Shown here in pieces: positions 1-9,140 of a DNA stretch of 64,000 bases. Source of the DNA: Cyanobacteria bacterium P01_F01_bin.150 (GTDB lineage Bacteria > Cyanobacteriota > Cyanobacteriia > CAKZMO01); the NCBI GenBank assembly GCA_039189765.1, contig JBCCYL010000018.1, positions 1 to 64,000 on the forward strand. Direction: 5' to 3'. Under the pieces are notes generated by a model. It searched no databases, was not told where the DNA came from, and worked only from the letters and a program-made list of their open reading frames with translations. Within the stretch, counting starts at the first letter, position 1, and every line of letters begins with the position of its first letter. The position numbers and the translations under genes were made by a program.

Positions 1-96
1 AACAACACCAAAAATTTTTTTAACTCCCCCCCTTCATGGGTGGGGGGGGGCCCCCCCCCCCACCACGTCATAAATGAAAGAAACACGTCGTGTTTA

Positions 97-714
97 TTAG
101 GAGCAAAATTCTTTCATCTCACCATATACCCGTGCCAGGTCATCAACCTGATAATGGGCGTTAAGACCACTCGGGTTAGGCAATACCCACAGGATAGCGT
201 CATGTAACCCATGGGGCTGCCTCCCGATTACTGCTTTGGGCTGATGAAATGCCGTGCGATAGGCGGTGATACCCAGGATAGCCAAAATCTTGGGCTGATA
301 GTTCTTAATCTTCTGCTCAAGGGTCTGCCGTCCCGCCAATAACTCTTCTTTGGAAAGTTCGTCGGCCCTGGCGGTGGCGCGATCGCTAATATTCGTCATC
401 CCCAGGCCCAGTGACAGCAGTTCTCGATCCTCTGAGGGATGAAACAGTCGAGGAGTGAACCCTGCAGCGTAGAGCGCTTTCCAAAGGCGATTGCCGGGAC
501 GGGCAAAATGATACCCCACTGCCGCACTGTAAATACTAGGATTGATTCCACAAAAGAGCACATTTAGATGTGGAGCAATGATATCGGGAACGGTCTTACC
601 GTAGGCCGCCTGAATTTCAGCTTTTGTGGGTTTTGGAAAAGAGCCCAGGAGGATGAGGCTACCGGTACATCGTCCTTTCCACGAGCATTTAACCCACCCC
701 GAACAAGAGTCCAT
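97..714 (-). CDS. mug: G/U mismatch-specific uracil-DNA glycosylase (MUG/TDG family)
   Basis: Motifs FCGINP, HFARPGNR.W, LPNPSGLN; true start probably downstream of 714. Confidence 0.9.
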   Translation of the reverse strand: MDSCSGWVKCSWKGRCTGSLILLGSFPKPTKAEIQAAYGKTVPDIIAPHLNVLFCGINPSIYSAAVGYHFARPGNRLWKALYAAGFTPRLFHPSEDRELLSLGLGMTNISDRATARADELSKEELLAGRQTLEQKIKNYQPKILAILGITAYRTAFHQPKAVIGRQPHGLHDAILWVLPNPSGLNAHYQVDDLARVYGEMKEFCS

Positions 715-888
715 TGAAGTGATGAAAACTCTCCTCGACCCAGTGTATCTACCACCACTTGTTGCTCAGTTGCCCCACGACCAATAATGCCGGGAAACCT
801 TGAAAAGAAACGCATAATCAAGTTTGCTGGGTACCCGGCGATGAGCTGAGGAGTGTGTTGCTTAAAACAATACGCTTAAGCCCAGCAG

Positions 889-2055
889 TCAACATCGCCT
901 GTTCGACCGCTGCCATATTCTCAGAGAGTAAGGCCGAACGCTCCTGCCTGGTTGATGTAATGCACCTTTGGCACTATCGTCTACTTGTGAAACACTTACG
1001 CCAAACTGCTCTAACACCTGTAGCGCTGGCCTAATCTGCGGGGCTGTGTCTGGATACACAATGTCCGGTGCAGGAGGGGCGGCCCCATCGAGGCCTAGCA
1101 GGCGCTCTAGCTGGATCAATGTGCCCAATGCAGTGAGATGAGTCTGGCCTTGTGGATCAACGATGGTCGTAGTAACCGTTTTAGCAGAACCGTTGGCGTC
1201 ACGGTCTGTCGCCGTGATATGAATCTCATGACTAGCACCATTGCCGGGATTGTAGAGGAGCGATCGCCGCAGGGACGTAAAGCGATCGCCACTAATCAAC
1301 GTCCAAATACCAGACCGTGTCAAAAAGCGCAGGAGATTGGTTGAAAAAGCATCATCAAAGGCAATACGGGCGGCCACTGTTTTAGCCCCTGTGGTGTGTG
1401 GCAAGGTAAGCTGGTCCGGCGTATCAAAACGATAGACGGGCGTGGTGTATCCATTTGGAAATGTGATGGTACGCGGATCAGTGTAGGGAAATACCCGTTT
1501 GGGTTGACCGTCAATCATCGTCTCAAAAGGGGTGGCCAATCGATCCATATAGTCCACCGAGTTGGGGCCGGATTTATCTTGAGTCGAAAATAAAACACTG
1601 ATGTCGATACGGTCAACCGTTTGTAGCGTTTGAGTCGCTGCCACTGCAAGCACCGCTGCAATGCCCCCCATCCATCCAGAGGAGAATAGGACTGGTGCGG
1701 TTAATCTCTCGTCTGTTAATTTTGCGCCGGATTCGCGCAGTCGTTCTGTCCACCGAGTTACATCAAGGAAAGGAATGCCCTGCCGTACGGCATCCATTAG
1801 CAAATAGTCATGGGGATCATTGACCACCGCCACAACAGCTCTAGGCTGTATGCCTTGTAAGGGCATGGGCTGTTCTGTATCAAGCTGAAACCCTCTGGCA
1901 TTGCCCAATTCCTGTGCTAAAGATTGAGCCTTTTCTGGGTTTCGCCCAGCAATGATTAACGACAGTTCAGGATAACGCTGACGAATAAATGTGGCCACTT
2001 GTTGGCCAACAACGCCATAACCTCCGGCAATAAGAATGCTATTTTGAGTCATCAT
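889..2055 (-). CDS. Saccharopine dehydrogenase-like NAD(P)-binding oxidoreductase
   Basis: N-terminal Rossmann motif ILIAGGYGVVG, IAGRNPEKA; 388 aa. Confidence 0.75.
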   Translation of the reverse strand: MMTQNSILIAGGYGVVGQQVATFIRQRYPELSLIIAGRNPEKAQSLAQELGNARGFQLDTEQPMPLQGIQPRAVVAVVNDPHDYLLMDAVRQGIPFLDVTRWTERLRESGAKLTDERLTAPVLFSSGWMGGIAAVLAVAATQTLQTVDRIDISVLFSTQDKSGPNSVDYMDRLATPFETMIDGQPKRVFPYTDPRTITFPNGYTTPVYRFDTPDQLTLPHTTGAKTVAARIAFDDAFSTNLLRFLTRSGIWTLISGDRFTSLRRSLLYNPGNGASHEIHITATDRDANGSAKTVTTTIVDPQGQTHLTALGTLIQLERLLGLDGAAPPAPDIVYPDTAPQIRPALQVLEQFGVSVSQVDDSAKGALHQPGRSVRPYSLRIWQRSNRRC

Positions 2056-2109
2056 TGGCGTGAGTCCTCCAACAGTATCAGAGTGTTAGGATGCTTGCTC
2101 GCTGTTTCC

Positions 2110-2643
2110 TTAAAGGCCCATCGCGGAGGATGTGGCAAAGGTGATAATGCCGAACGCCACCAGTCCTAAGCCCATGGCCATAACAATTTGCAGCAGTTGG
2201 AAACGGTAAGGACTATCAGGAAAAGAAAAGGGAGCTTCCGTAACCATTTTTTGGCTTGATGATTGCATAGCTTGAACCGATAGCAGCATCAGCGGCAACG
2301 AGAGAACGGTGCCCAACACTTCAATCGCCAATAACGCAGGCGGCATCGCATCGGGTGACACAGGAAATATCTTGACCAAGTCTAGGCCGTATACCCCAAG
2401 ATAGGACAGCCCAACGCTTGCTGCTGTCAACATCGCCCAGCGCTGAGACCGCAAGACAAAGTAAACCAGGAGCAAACTACTCAATACTAACGTTGTCAAA
2501 AATGTGTTGAACACTCCCAACGTGAGGGGATGCATGTGAGCAAAACTGCGTGTTTCTATAGGGCCACCGGGCACCAAAGTGCCGAGTGCAATGCCAGAAA
2601 TTCCGAGTAAACCTGCAATCCAGTGCTTGATTTGTACTGTCAT
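2110..2643 (-). CDS. Hypothetical integral membrane protein
   Basis: About 5 hydrophobic segments; ATG at 2643 (MTVQIKHW) follows a GAGG RBS and avoids overlap with the upstream gene. Confidence 0.7.
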   Translation of the reverse strand: MTVQIKHWIAGLLGISGIALGTLVPGGPIETRSFAHMHPLTLGVFNTFLTTLVLSSLLLVYFVLRSQRWAMLTAASVGLSYLGVYGLDLVKIFPVSPDAMPPALLAIEVLGTVLSLPLMLLSVQAMQSSSQKMVTEAPFSFPDSPYRFQLLQIVMAMGLGLVAFGIITFATSSAMGL

Positions 2644-2711
2644 GGTATTGACCTCAAAAAGAATAGTTGAGTGGTTTGTAGATGAGCATGAGAAAAGATA
2701 AACACAGACGG

Positions 2712-3320
2712 CTATTGGCGATCGCCAGAATGATACGCCACTTCCTTTAGCAAATGACTGACCAGTAACTTTAGGAAAAATAGGGACAGGAACCATTCCA
2801 ATCCTGGGGTGGGGGTGAACAGATAGCGATCGCCCACCAACGCCAGACCATACAATCCCAGCGCAATTGGACGCTGGAGATAGAGGGGACTGACCACAAT
2901 AAGCCCAGCAGCCAGCAGCAAATAGCTGGATATGCTGGCAAAAAACAGGCCATCACCCCCACGAAACAGCAAGGCCACTACCCCAACATGCAATAGATGT
3001 ACGACAACAAAGGCCATATGCTGCTGCCATCCCTGACCCGGTCGGTGATACCAACGATTGGCAGCGGCAGTAGCATTGGTCAACACACCTCCGACTAAAT
3101 CGAAGCCCAAAATCGCGATCGCCCCTAACTGCCAGGGAGTCCAGTCAATGGGAAGTGTTAAGGCATATAAAGGAGCGGCGATCGCTGCCGCAACGGATGG
3201 TGCGAACTGCAACACGATTTCTGCTGGAGTCGCCCCTGGGCCAATAAATCGGTCAATCTGACCTTTCCAGCCTTTACGGGGAAGAGGAGTCATGGGTTCC
3301 AAAAGCATTTCTGACTGCAT
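2712..3320 (-). CDS. Hypothetical integral membrane protein
   Basis: Multiple TM segments; ATG at 3320 preceded by GAGG; first gene of a unit divergent from TetR. Confidence 0.7.
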   Translation of the reverse strand: MQSEMLLEPMTPLPRKGWKGQIDRFIGPGATPAEIVLQFAPSVAAAIAAPLYALTLPIDWTPWQLGAIAILGFDLVGGVLTNATAAANRWYHRPGQGWQQHMAFVVVHLLHVGVVALLFRGGDGLFFASISSYLLLAAGLIVVSPLYLQRPIALGLYGLALVGDRYLFTPTPGLEWFLSLFFLKLLVSHLLKEVAYHSGDRQ

Positions 3321-3330
3321 GGCATAAACC

Positions 3331-3372
3331 TCATAACAGTTGTTATGCAATTAAATATAACAACTGTTATGA
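3331..3372. promoter_or_regulatory. Paired TetR operator sites
   Basis: Perfect 16-bp inverted repeat TCATAACAGTTGTTAT-N10-ATAACAACTGTTATGA, each arm itself a near-palindrome (ATAACA-N2-TGTTAT), between divergent tetR and membrane-protein genes. Confidence 0.75.
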
Positions 3373-3412
3373 TAAATTGTCAATATAAACGTCTAGGTAT
3401 TTTCAAATCCCG

Positions 3413-3994
3413 ATGAATCAAAGCGATCGACGGCTCGAAGTTTCGGAAGCAGCTTGGCGGGTGATTGTCCGAGAAGGGCTAGACCGTACCAGTATGCGTG
3501 CCATTGCTCAAGAAATGAGCTGCACAACGGGTGTGGTAACCCACTATTTCCGCAATAAGCAGGAATTGATTTTATTTGCCCTGCACCAAGTGGCGGAGCG
3601 ATTACATGTCTTGATGGAGCGGGCAGTGGCCGAGCAGTCGGGGTGCGATCGCCTAGTAGCGATGCTGTCATCCTTCTTGCCCATCGACCAAGAGCGGCAG
3701 GAAATTCTGCGGGTGTGGGTAGCATTTTTAGGCTACGCGGTCGGGCGCGAGGCCCTGATGGCGGATCATCAACAGAGTGCGGGAGAATTGCGGCAAGTGA
3801 TTATTCAAGAATTGGTCACGTTGCAGACGCAAAAGATGATTCGGTCTGATATAAATCCAGAGATTGAATCGAACGTACTGCTGGCGCTCGTTAATGGTCT
3901 TAGTCTCGATACCCTGATTCAATCACAGCGACTGAGTGCAAAACAGCAGGCGATCGCGTTGCAGCGCCATGTAAATGGACTGCGCCCCAGTTAA
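3413..3994 (+). CDS. TetR/AcrR (BetI-like) transcriptional regulator
   Basis: N-terminal HTH GLDRTSMRAIAQEMSCTTGVVTHYFRNK; BetI-like C-terminus. Confidence 0.92.
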   Translation: MNQSDRRLEVSEAAWRVIVREGLDRTSMRAIAQEMSCTTGVVTHYFRNKQELILFALHQVAERLHVLMERAVAEQSGCDRLVAMLSSFLPIDQERQEILRVWVAFLGYAVGREALMADHQQSAGELRQVIIQELVTLQTQKMIRSDINPEIESNVLLALVNGLSLDTLIQSQRLSAKQQAIALQRHVNGLRPS

Positions 3995-4020
3995 GCGGCT
4001 GATTGACTGACAAAACTTTG

Positions 4021-4048
4021 TCCCCAGGCAACTGAAGTTGCCTGGGGA
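4021..4048. terminator. Hairpin between convergent genes (probable bidirectional terminator)
   Basis: TCCCCAGGCAACT-GA-AGTTGCCTGGGGA, perfect 13-bp stem. Confidence 0.6.
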
Positions 4049-4069
4049 GTGAACGCAATAGCTAAGGGT

Positions 4070-4465
4070 TCAGGACTTTTGGCAGTCAATTAGCATGGAT
4101 GCACAGTATGATCGCCACCCACCCCATTGGGTGATTTCGAGCTGCCCTTCACAAAGCAGCGGTTCACCGACAACACCCAGTACTTCTTCTCCATCAGAAA
4201 GTTTTACCTTACCGATGCAGAGACCAGGGGGTTCTTGCTGTAATACTTGAGCTAGACCCTCAGGAGGGATATCCCATACTTCGAGAGCGATCGCCACTCC
4301 CCCCTCCTGCACCCGAATCATCGCTGGGTGGCGATCGCCAATGGACCACAGCCGATAGGCCGGTTCAGTGGTCGCCTCTCGTGCAAATGTAGCTCCCACA
4401 TTTGTCAGATTGGAGTTTAGTTCCAGCCCCCGCATTAAGGTTCCATTCACCGCTAAATAAACCAT
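4070..4465 (-). CDS. Stand-alone allophanate-hydrolase C-terminal-like domain (GGCT-like fold)
   Basis: LAVNGTLMRG..LN, YRLWSI, IALEVW, PPGLCIGKVKL.DG, ITQWGGWRSY resemble the AtzF/Dur1,2 C-domain; divergent from the biuret/triuret transporter. Confidence 0.75.
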   Translation of the reverse strand: MVYLAVNGTLMRGLELNSNLTNVGATFAREATTEPAYRLWSIGDRHPAMIRVQEGGVAIALEVWDIPPEGLAQVLQQEPPGLCIGKVKLSDGEEVLGVVGEPLLCEGQLEITQWGGWRSYCASMLIDCQKS

Positions 4466-4583
4466 CAGTCCTCTCTTGCTAGCGCCACTTTTATACTGCC
4501 GAGATGCCCAGAATGGAGCCTTGTCGCCTATTAAGATGTTCATAATGAACACTCTTTGGGAAACACTAATGATTCCATAGAGC

Positions 4584-4677
4584 TAAGTAATTGGACACAA
4601 TTAATTTAAATAAAGTTGAGGTGTGCGCTCTGGAGGGGCGCACACCTCAATTAAAAACAATTGTGTCCAGGAGCTTA
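4584..4677. mobile_element. MITE-like element with terminal inverted repeats and an internal hairpin (family 2)
   Basis: TAAG....TGGACACAATT / AATTGTGTCCA....CTTA ends; internal TTGAGGTGTGCGC-loop-GCGCACACCTCAA; second copy at 52947-53020. Confidence 0.65.
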
Positions 4678-4728
4678 TTAATAAGCCAAGATTCAATCAT
4701 TCGATCATGCAGAAGGGAGGGGTTTTCT

Positions 4729-5928
4729 GTGAGCCAAGATAAATTTCCACGGGTCACACGTCGTCAAACCATCCGAGGACTCCTTGCCACTACGGCTTTT
4801 GGAATGACCGTTAAGCTGAGCGGGTGTACCTCCGCTTCTAGTCCAGAGGATAGCAGTACGGCAAGTTCTCCAGAGGGGGGTGATCAGGAACCCTTGGTGG
4901 TTGGATTTATCTATGTCGGCCCCAAGGATGATTATGGCTATAACCAAGCCCATGCTGAAGGGGCAAAAGCAGCGGCTGATGCCTTTCCCTGGATGAAATT
5001 GGTAGAAGAGGCCAGCGTCCCAGAAACGACTGCCGTCGCTGAGTCCATGCGGAGCATGATCGACATTGACGGAGCCAAAGTTATTTTTCCGACCTCCTTT
5101 GGGTATTTTGACCCCCATATGTTGAAGATGGCGGAGGAATATCCGGATGTGCAGTTCTTCCATGCCGCAGGTCTATATCAAGAGGGAGTTCATCCCAAGA
5201 ATGTGGGTAGTTACTTTGGCTATATTGACGAGGCGCAGTATGTCGCTGGGGTTGTAGCAGGTTTTACCACTAAGAGTAATAAGCTGGGCTTTATTGCGGC
5301 CAAACCCATTCCCCAAGTGCTGCGTAACATTAATAGCTTTACCCTAGGAGCCAAGAGCGTTAACCCAGACATTACCACTCAGGTCGTTTTCACCGGCAAC
5401 TGGGCGGAACCGATTAAGGAAGCAGAATCGACTAACAGCATGGCAGACCAAGGAATTGATGTGGTGACCTGTCACGTAGATAGTCCTAAGATCGTTATGG
5501 AAACTGCTGAGAAACGGGGGATTTTCTGTTCTGGTTACCACGCGAATCAGTCGGCTCTAGCTCCCAAGGGATATCTGACAGGGGCTGAATGGGATTGGAC
5601 CAGCATTTACGCTCAACTCATTGGCGATATTTATGCGGGTAAATCCGTCACGAATGGAGATATCCCTCATATTTTACGCGGCGGACTAAAGGATGCCTTC
5701 TGTAAGATCTCTCCCTATGGTCCGGCGGTCAGTGATGAAGCAAGGGCAGCGGCTGAAGAGGCAAAAGCAGCGTTTATGACCGGAGATTTTGTGATCTATA
5801 AAGGGGAGCTAAAAGATAACAAAGGTAATGTCATCTTGGCAGAAGGAGAAGAGCTAAAGCAGCAAGACATCACCCTAGAGACCATGGACTATTTGGTCGA
5901 AGGAGTGATTGGTTCCGTTGATAGTTAA
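4729..5928 (+). CDS. BMP-family ABC substrate-binding lipoprotein (Tat signal)
   Basis: GTG at 4729 after GGAGG; TRRQTIRG twin-Arg and LSGC lipobox; GFIYVGPKDDYGYNQAH BMP motif. Confidence 0.88.
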   Translation: MSQDKFPRVTRRQTIRGLLATTAFGMTVKLSGCTSASSPEDSSTASSPEGGDQEPLVVGFIYVGPKDDYGYNQAHAEGAKAAADAFPWMKLVEEASVPETTAVAESMRSMIDIDGAKVIFPTSFGYFDPHMLKMAEEYPDVQFFHAAGLYQEGVHPKNVGSYFGYIDEAQYVAGVVAGFTTKSNKLGFIAAKPIPQVLRNINSFTLGAKSVNPDITTQVVFTGNWAEPIKEAESTNSMADQGIDVVTCHVDSPKIVMETAEKRGIFCSGYHANQSALAPKGYLTGAEWDWTSIYAQLIGDIYAGKSVTNGDIPHILRGGLKDAFCKISPYGPAVSDEARAAAEEAKAAFMTGDFVIYKGELKDNKGNVILAEGEELKQQDITLETMDYLVEGVIGSVDS

Positions 5929-5937
5929 GGGCAGACC

Positions 5938-7077
5938 ATGCTGGATCGCTATAACTGGCGCAGTATTCTGGAGCGACTTTGCCTCCCCTTGGCGGCACTT
6001 TTAGTCTCCTTTATTCTTTTTGGCCTGTTTGTGATGGCTGTGGGGGAAAATCCTTTTGCCGTGTACGGGTCAATTTGGAAGGCCGCCTTTGGCAAATGGA
6101 GCACGTTTCAAAATACGTTAATTCGGGCGGCTCCGCTAATGTTGACGGCCCTCTGCACCATTCTGCCTGCAAATTTAGGACTGGTGGTTATCGGTAATGA
6201 GGGGGCATTGGTCGTGGGGGGGATAGCAGCTGTGGCAATGGGATTGGCGATCGCCCCCTATCCCCCCTTAATCGTCCAACTGGCCATGGCCACGGCTGGT
6301 ATGATCGCTGGTGGGCTTTGGATTATGGCCGTGGGGGCACTCCGCCACTATCGAGCGGTGAATGAAACGATTAGTAGTCTGTTGCTGAACTATATTGCGA
6401 TCGCCCTGCTAAATCATTTGGTAGGGGGACCGATGCGAGACCCCAGTTCCCTAAACAAACCCTCTTCCTATCCGTTGCTGGATGTTAATATGCTGGGAAC
6501 GATTCCAGGCACTCGCGTCCATTGGGGACTGTTCTATGGGATTATCGCCTGCATTGTTGCCTACTTGCTGATTCAGCGCACCACCTTTGGCTTTGCCGCC
6601 CGCACTGCCGGAGGAAATATCCGAGCAGCCCGTATCGCTGGCTTACCAGTGGGGCAGCTTACCCTAATCATCTGTTTTTTGGCAGGAGCCTGTGCAGGCC
6701 TAGCGGGAATGGTGGAAGTGGCTGCAGTCCAAGGCGCGGCCAATGAATCCCTAAATGTGGGTTATGGCTACGGTGGGGTGCTGGTGGCATTTGTCGCCCG
6801 TCAAAGTCCCCTCGCCGCTATGCTGATTTCACTGCTGGTGGGCGGTATCCTCGCCAGCGGCGGCATTCTACAACGCGCCCACGAACTGCCAGACGCCACG
6901 GTTCTGGTATTCCAAGGCATTGTCTTTTTGGTCATTCTCTACAGCGAATCCTTCTACGGTCGCTTTGCTGTCTTCCGAGAGCGGCCTCGGCTAAATTTGT
7001 CTCCCCCCGGAGCAATTCAGCCCAACTCCACCAAAGCCAACTCCACCCCAGAGAAAACCCCCACCGCCCCCACCTAA
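5938..7077 (+). CDS. ABC transporter permease (BPD_transp_2, nucleoside-type)
   Basis: IGNEG, VNETISSLLLNYIA, G.N..AAR.AG motifs; many TM helices. Confidence 0.9.
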   Translation: MLDRYNWRSILERLCLPLAALLVSFILFGLFVMAVGENPFAVYGSIWKAAFGKWSTFQNTLIRAAPLMLTALCTILPANLGLVVIGNEGALVVGGIAAVAMGLAIAPYPPLIVQLAMATAGMIAGGLWIMAVGALRHYRAVNETISSLLLNYIAIALLNHLVGGPMRDPSSLNKPSSYPLLDVNMLGTIPGTRVHWGLFYGIIACIVAYLLIQRTTFGFAARTAGGNIRAARIAGLPVGQLTLIICFLAGACAGLAGMVEVAAVQGAANESLNVGYGYGGVLVAFVARQSPLAAMLISLLVGGILASGGILQRAHELPDATVLVFQGIVFLVILYSESFYGRFAVFRERPRLNLSPPGAIQPNSTKANSTPEKTPTAPT

Positions 7078-7105
7078 CAGCCCCATCTTCCCAGCCCCCA
7101 TCTGG

Positions 7106-7230
7106 TTCCCAGCCGGAGTCTGGGAACCCACATTGAAGACTCTGGCTCCAGCACAATCCAGAGCCGGAGTCTCTAGATTACATTCCCAGACTCCGGCTGG
7201 GAATAAGGGATGGCCGAGTCTGGAAACGAG
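7106..7230. repeat. REP-like inverted doublet between the two permease genes
   Basis: TTCCCAGCCGGAGTCTGGGAA (7106-7126) and its reverse complement (7183-7203), inner IR AGACTCTGGCTC/GAGCCGGAGTCT, plus a partial third copy. Confidence 0.7.
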
Positions 7231-7275
7231 GGAATAGCTTGGTGTGTGATCGGTTTAGAGAGGAGACGTAATTGT

Positions 7276-8202
7276 ATGGCAACAGAAGCATTGGGATGGT
7301 GGGGCGTACCGTTAGCGATCGCCGCTGGCACCATGCGCGGTGGCACTCCATTCCTATTTGTCAGTCTGGGCGAATGCCTCACTGAAAAAAGCGGCAAGAT
7401 TAACCTGGGACTAGAGGGTACCCTGCTGACTGGAGCCATGAGTGCCTACGCCATTTCCTATCTCACGGGGTTCCCTTGGCTTGGGGTAATCGCTGCGGGA
7501 CTTGCAGGTGCTTTACTCGGTATTATTCACGGCTGGCTATCCCAACAGCCCCGAGTCAATGACATAGCAGTGGGTATTGCCATGATTATCTTTGGCAGCG
7601 GCATCGCCTTTTTCTTGGGTAAACCTTTTATTCAGCCCTCCGCCCCCCAACTGTTGACGCTGAACCTAGGCAATGCCAGTATGCCCCCCGCACTGGAAGC
7701 TGCACTGCAAATCAGTCCCCTCTTTTTGTTGGGATTGGCGATCGCCCCTCTTATGCACTGGTTTTTCCGCTCCACCCGCTGGGGACTCTTTATCCGCGCC
7801 GTCGGCGACAACCCCGAAGCCGCCCTCGCCACGGGTATTTCCATTTTCAAAGTCCGTATGCTCAGCATTATGATGGGCAGCTTTCTTGCCGGTATTGGAG
7901 GAGCCTCTCTTTCTCTTTACTATCCGGGGGTCTGGACCGAACGCATTTCCAGCGGCCAGGGTCTAATGGCCGTCGCCCTGGTTATTTTTGCCCGATGGAA
8001 CCCCATCCAATGCCTTTGGGCATCCCTTCTCTTTGGCGGTGCTCAATCCCTCGGCCCAGCCCTCCAATCCGTCGGCATCGAAGATGGCTACTATCTCTTT
8101 AACGCCGCCCCCTATATTCTCACCCTCATAATTATGATGTTTACCTGCTCACCGAAGCAGACGTTGACAGGAACTCCTGGGGCGTTGGGGACGGGGAAGT
8201 AA
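7276..8202 (+). CDS. ABC transporter permease (second subunit)
   Basis: ATG at 7276 after AGGAG; LGE..TEKSGKINLGLEG, RAVGDNPEAA, GQGLMAVALVIFARW. Confidence 0.9.
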   Translation: MATEALGWWGVPLAIAAGTMRGGTPFLFVSLGECLTEKSGKINLGLEGTLLTGAMSAYAISYLTGFPWLGVIAAGLAGALLGIIHGWLSQQPRVNDIAVGIAMIIFGSGIAFFLGKPFIQPSAPQLLTLNLGNASMPPALEAALQISPLFLLGLAIAPLMHWFFRSTRWGLFIRAVGDNPEAALATGISIFKVRMLSIMMGSFLAGIGGASLSLYYPGVWTERISSGQGLMAVALVIFARWNPIQCLWASLLFGGAQSLGPALQSVGIEDGYYLFNAAPYILTLIIMMFTCSPKQTLTGTPGALGTGK

Positions 8203-8347
8203 AGGCAGAAGGCAGAAGGCAGAAGGCAGAATTTCTCCTATGGAGACGCTACGCGAACAAAATTCGAAACACCATCACTCCCCAACACCATCACCCCATC
8301 ACTCCCCAACACAAAATCCAAAATCTAAAATCTAAAATCCAAAATCC
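8203..8347 (+). repeat. STRR heptamer tracts (AGGCAGA)n and (AAAATCY)n with a small dispersed repeat
   Basis: About 4 x AGGCAGA, then TTCTCCTATGGAGACGCTACGCGAAC, then about 5 x AAAATCY directly before the biuH ATG. Confidence 0.8.
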
Positions 8348-9028
8348 ATGAAGCGTTTTATCTCTGCTAATCCCTACCCCTATCCTTACAACGGTGACCT
8401 GCGCCCTGAAAATACAGCCTTGATTGTGATCGATATGCAAACCGATTTCTGTGGCAAAGGCGGTTATGTGGACGCGATGGGCTACGACCTGTCCTTGACC
8501 CGCGCTCCCATTGAACCGATTCGCAAGCTTCTGGAGGTGATGCGAAGTCAGGGATATACGGTGATTCATACCCGTGAGGGCCATCGTGCTGACCTGTCGG
8601 ATTTGCCTGCGAATAAACGGTGGCGATCGCAACGTATCGGCGCAGGCATTGGTGATCCTGGCCCCTGTGGCAAAATCCTCGTGCGCGGCGAACCGGGTTG
8701 GGACATTATCCCTGAACTAGCTCCTATCCCTGGTGAAACCATTATTGATAAACCCGGTAAAGGTTCTTTCTATGCCACCGACCTAGATCTAATCCTTAAA
8801 GGCAAGGGCATTCAGAATCTGATTCTTACCGGAATTACTACCGATGTCTGTGTCCACACCACCATGCGCGATGCCAACGATCGGGGCTACGAATGTTTGA
8901 TTCTCTCTGACTGCACTGGAGCCACCGACTACGGCAATTATCAAGCCGCCCTAAAAATGGTCACTATGCAGGGGGGCGTATTTGGAGCCGTAGCAGAGTC
9001 GATCGCTTTGATTGAAGCGATTACTTGA
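8348..9028 (+). CDS. biuH: Biuret amidohydrolase (isochorismatase-like cysteine hydrolase)
   Basis: [62 protein letters not shown] closely match characterised rhizobial BiuH as recalled; D-K-C triad intact. Confidence 0.88.
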   Translation: MKRFISANPYPYPYNGDLRPENTALIVIDMQTDFCGKGGYVDAMGYDLSLTRAPIEPIRKLLEVMRSQGYTVIHTREGHRADLSDLPANKRWRSQRIGAGIGDPGPCGKILVRGEPGWDIIPELAPIPGETIIDKPGKGSFYATDLDLILKGKGIQNLILTGITTDVCVHTTMRDANDRGYECLILSDCTGATDYGNYQAALKMVTMQGGVFGAVAESIALIEAIT

Positions 9029-9140
9029 TGTATAACAAAACGATACGTCTATTTAAGATTGTGTCCATTATGGGGAAAGCTCCTAATTGAGGATGTATTT
9101 TGCTGTTTTGCATTGATTTATCTGCTAAATCAAAAGATGC

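Noticed and set aside
1..70. Homopolymer-rich G/C palindrome at the window start
   Set aside because: Looks like low-quality contig-end sequence running into a hairpin repeat (bases ~66-103 match the reverse of the 40245 element); not treated as biology
4591..4728. N-terminal extension of the BMP protein
   Set aside because: Runs through a MITE; RBS and Tat signal point to GTG 4729
4470..4728. NtcA site expected upstream of a nitrogen-scavenging operon
   Set aside because: No GTA-N8-TAC found; the palindrome TGTTCATAATGAACA has the wrong spacing
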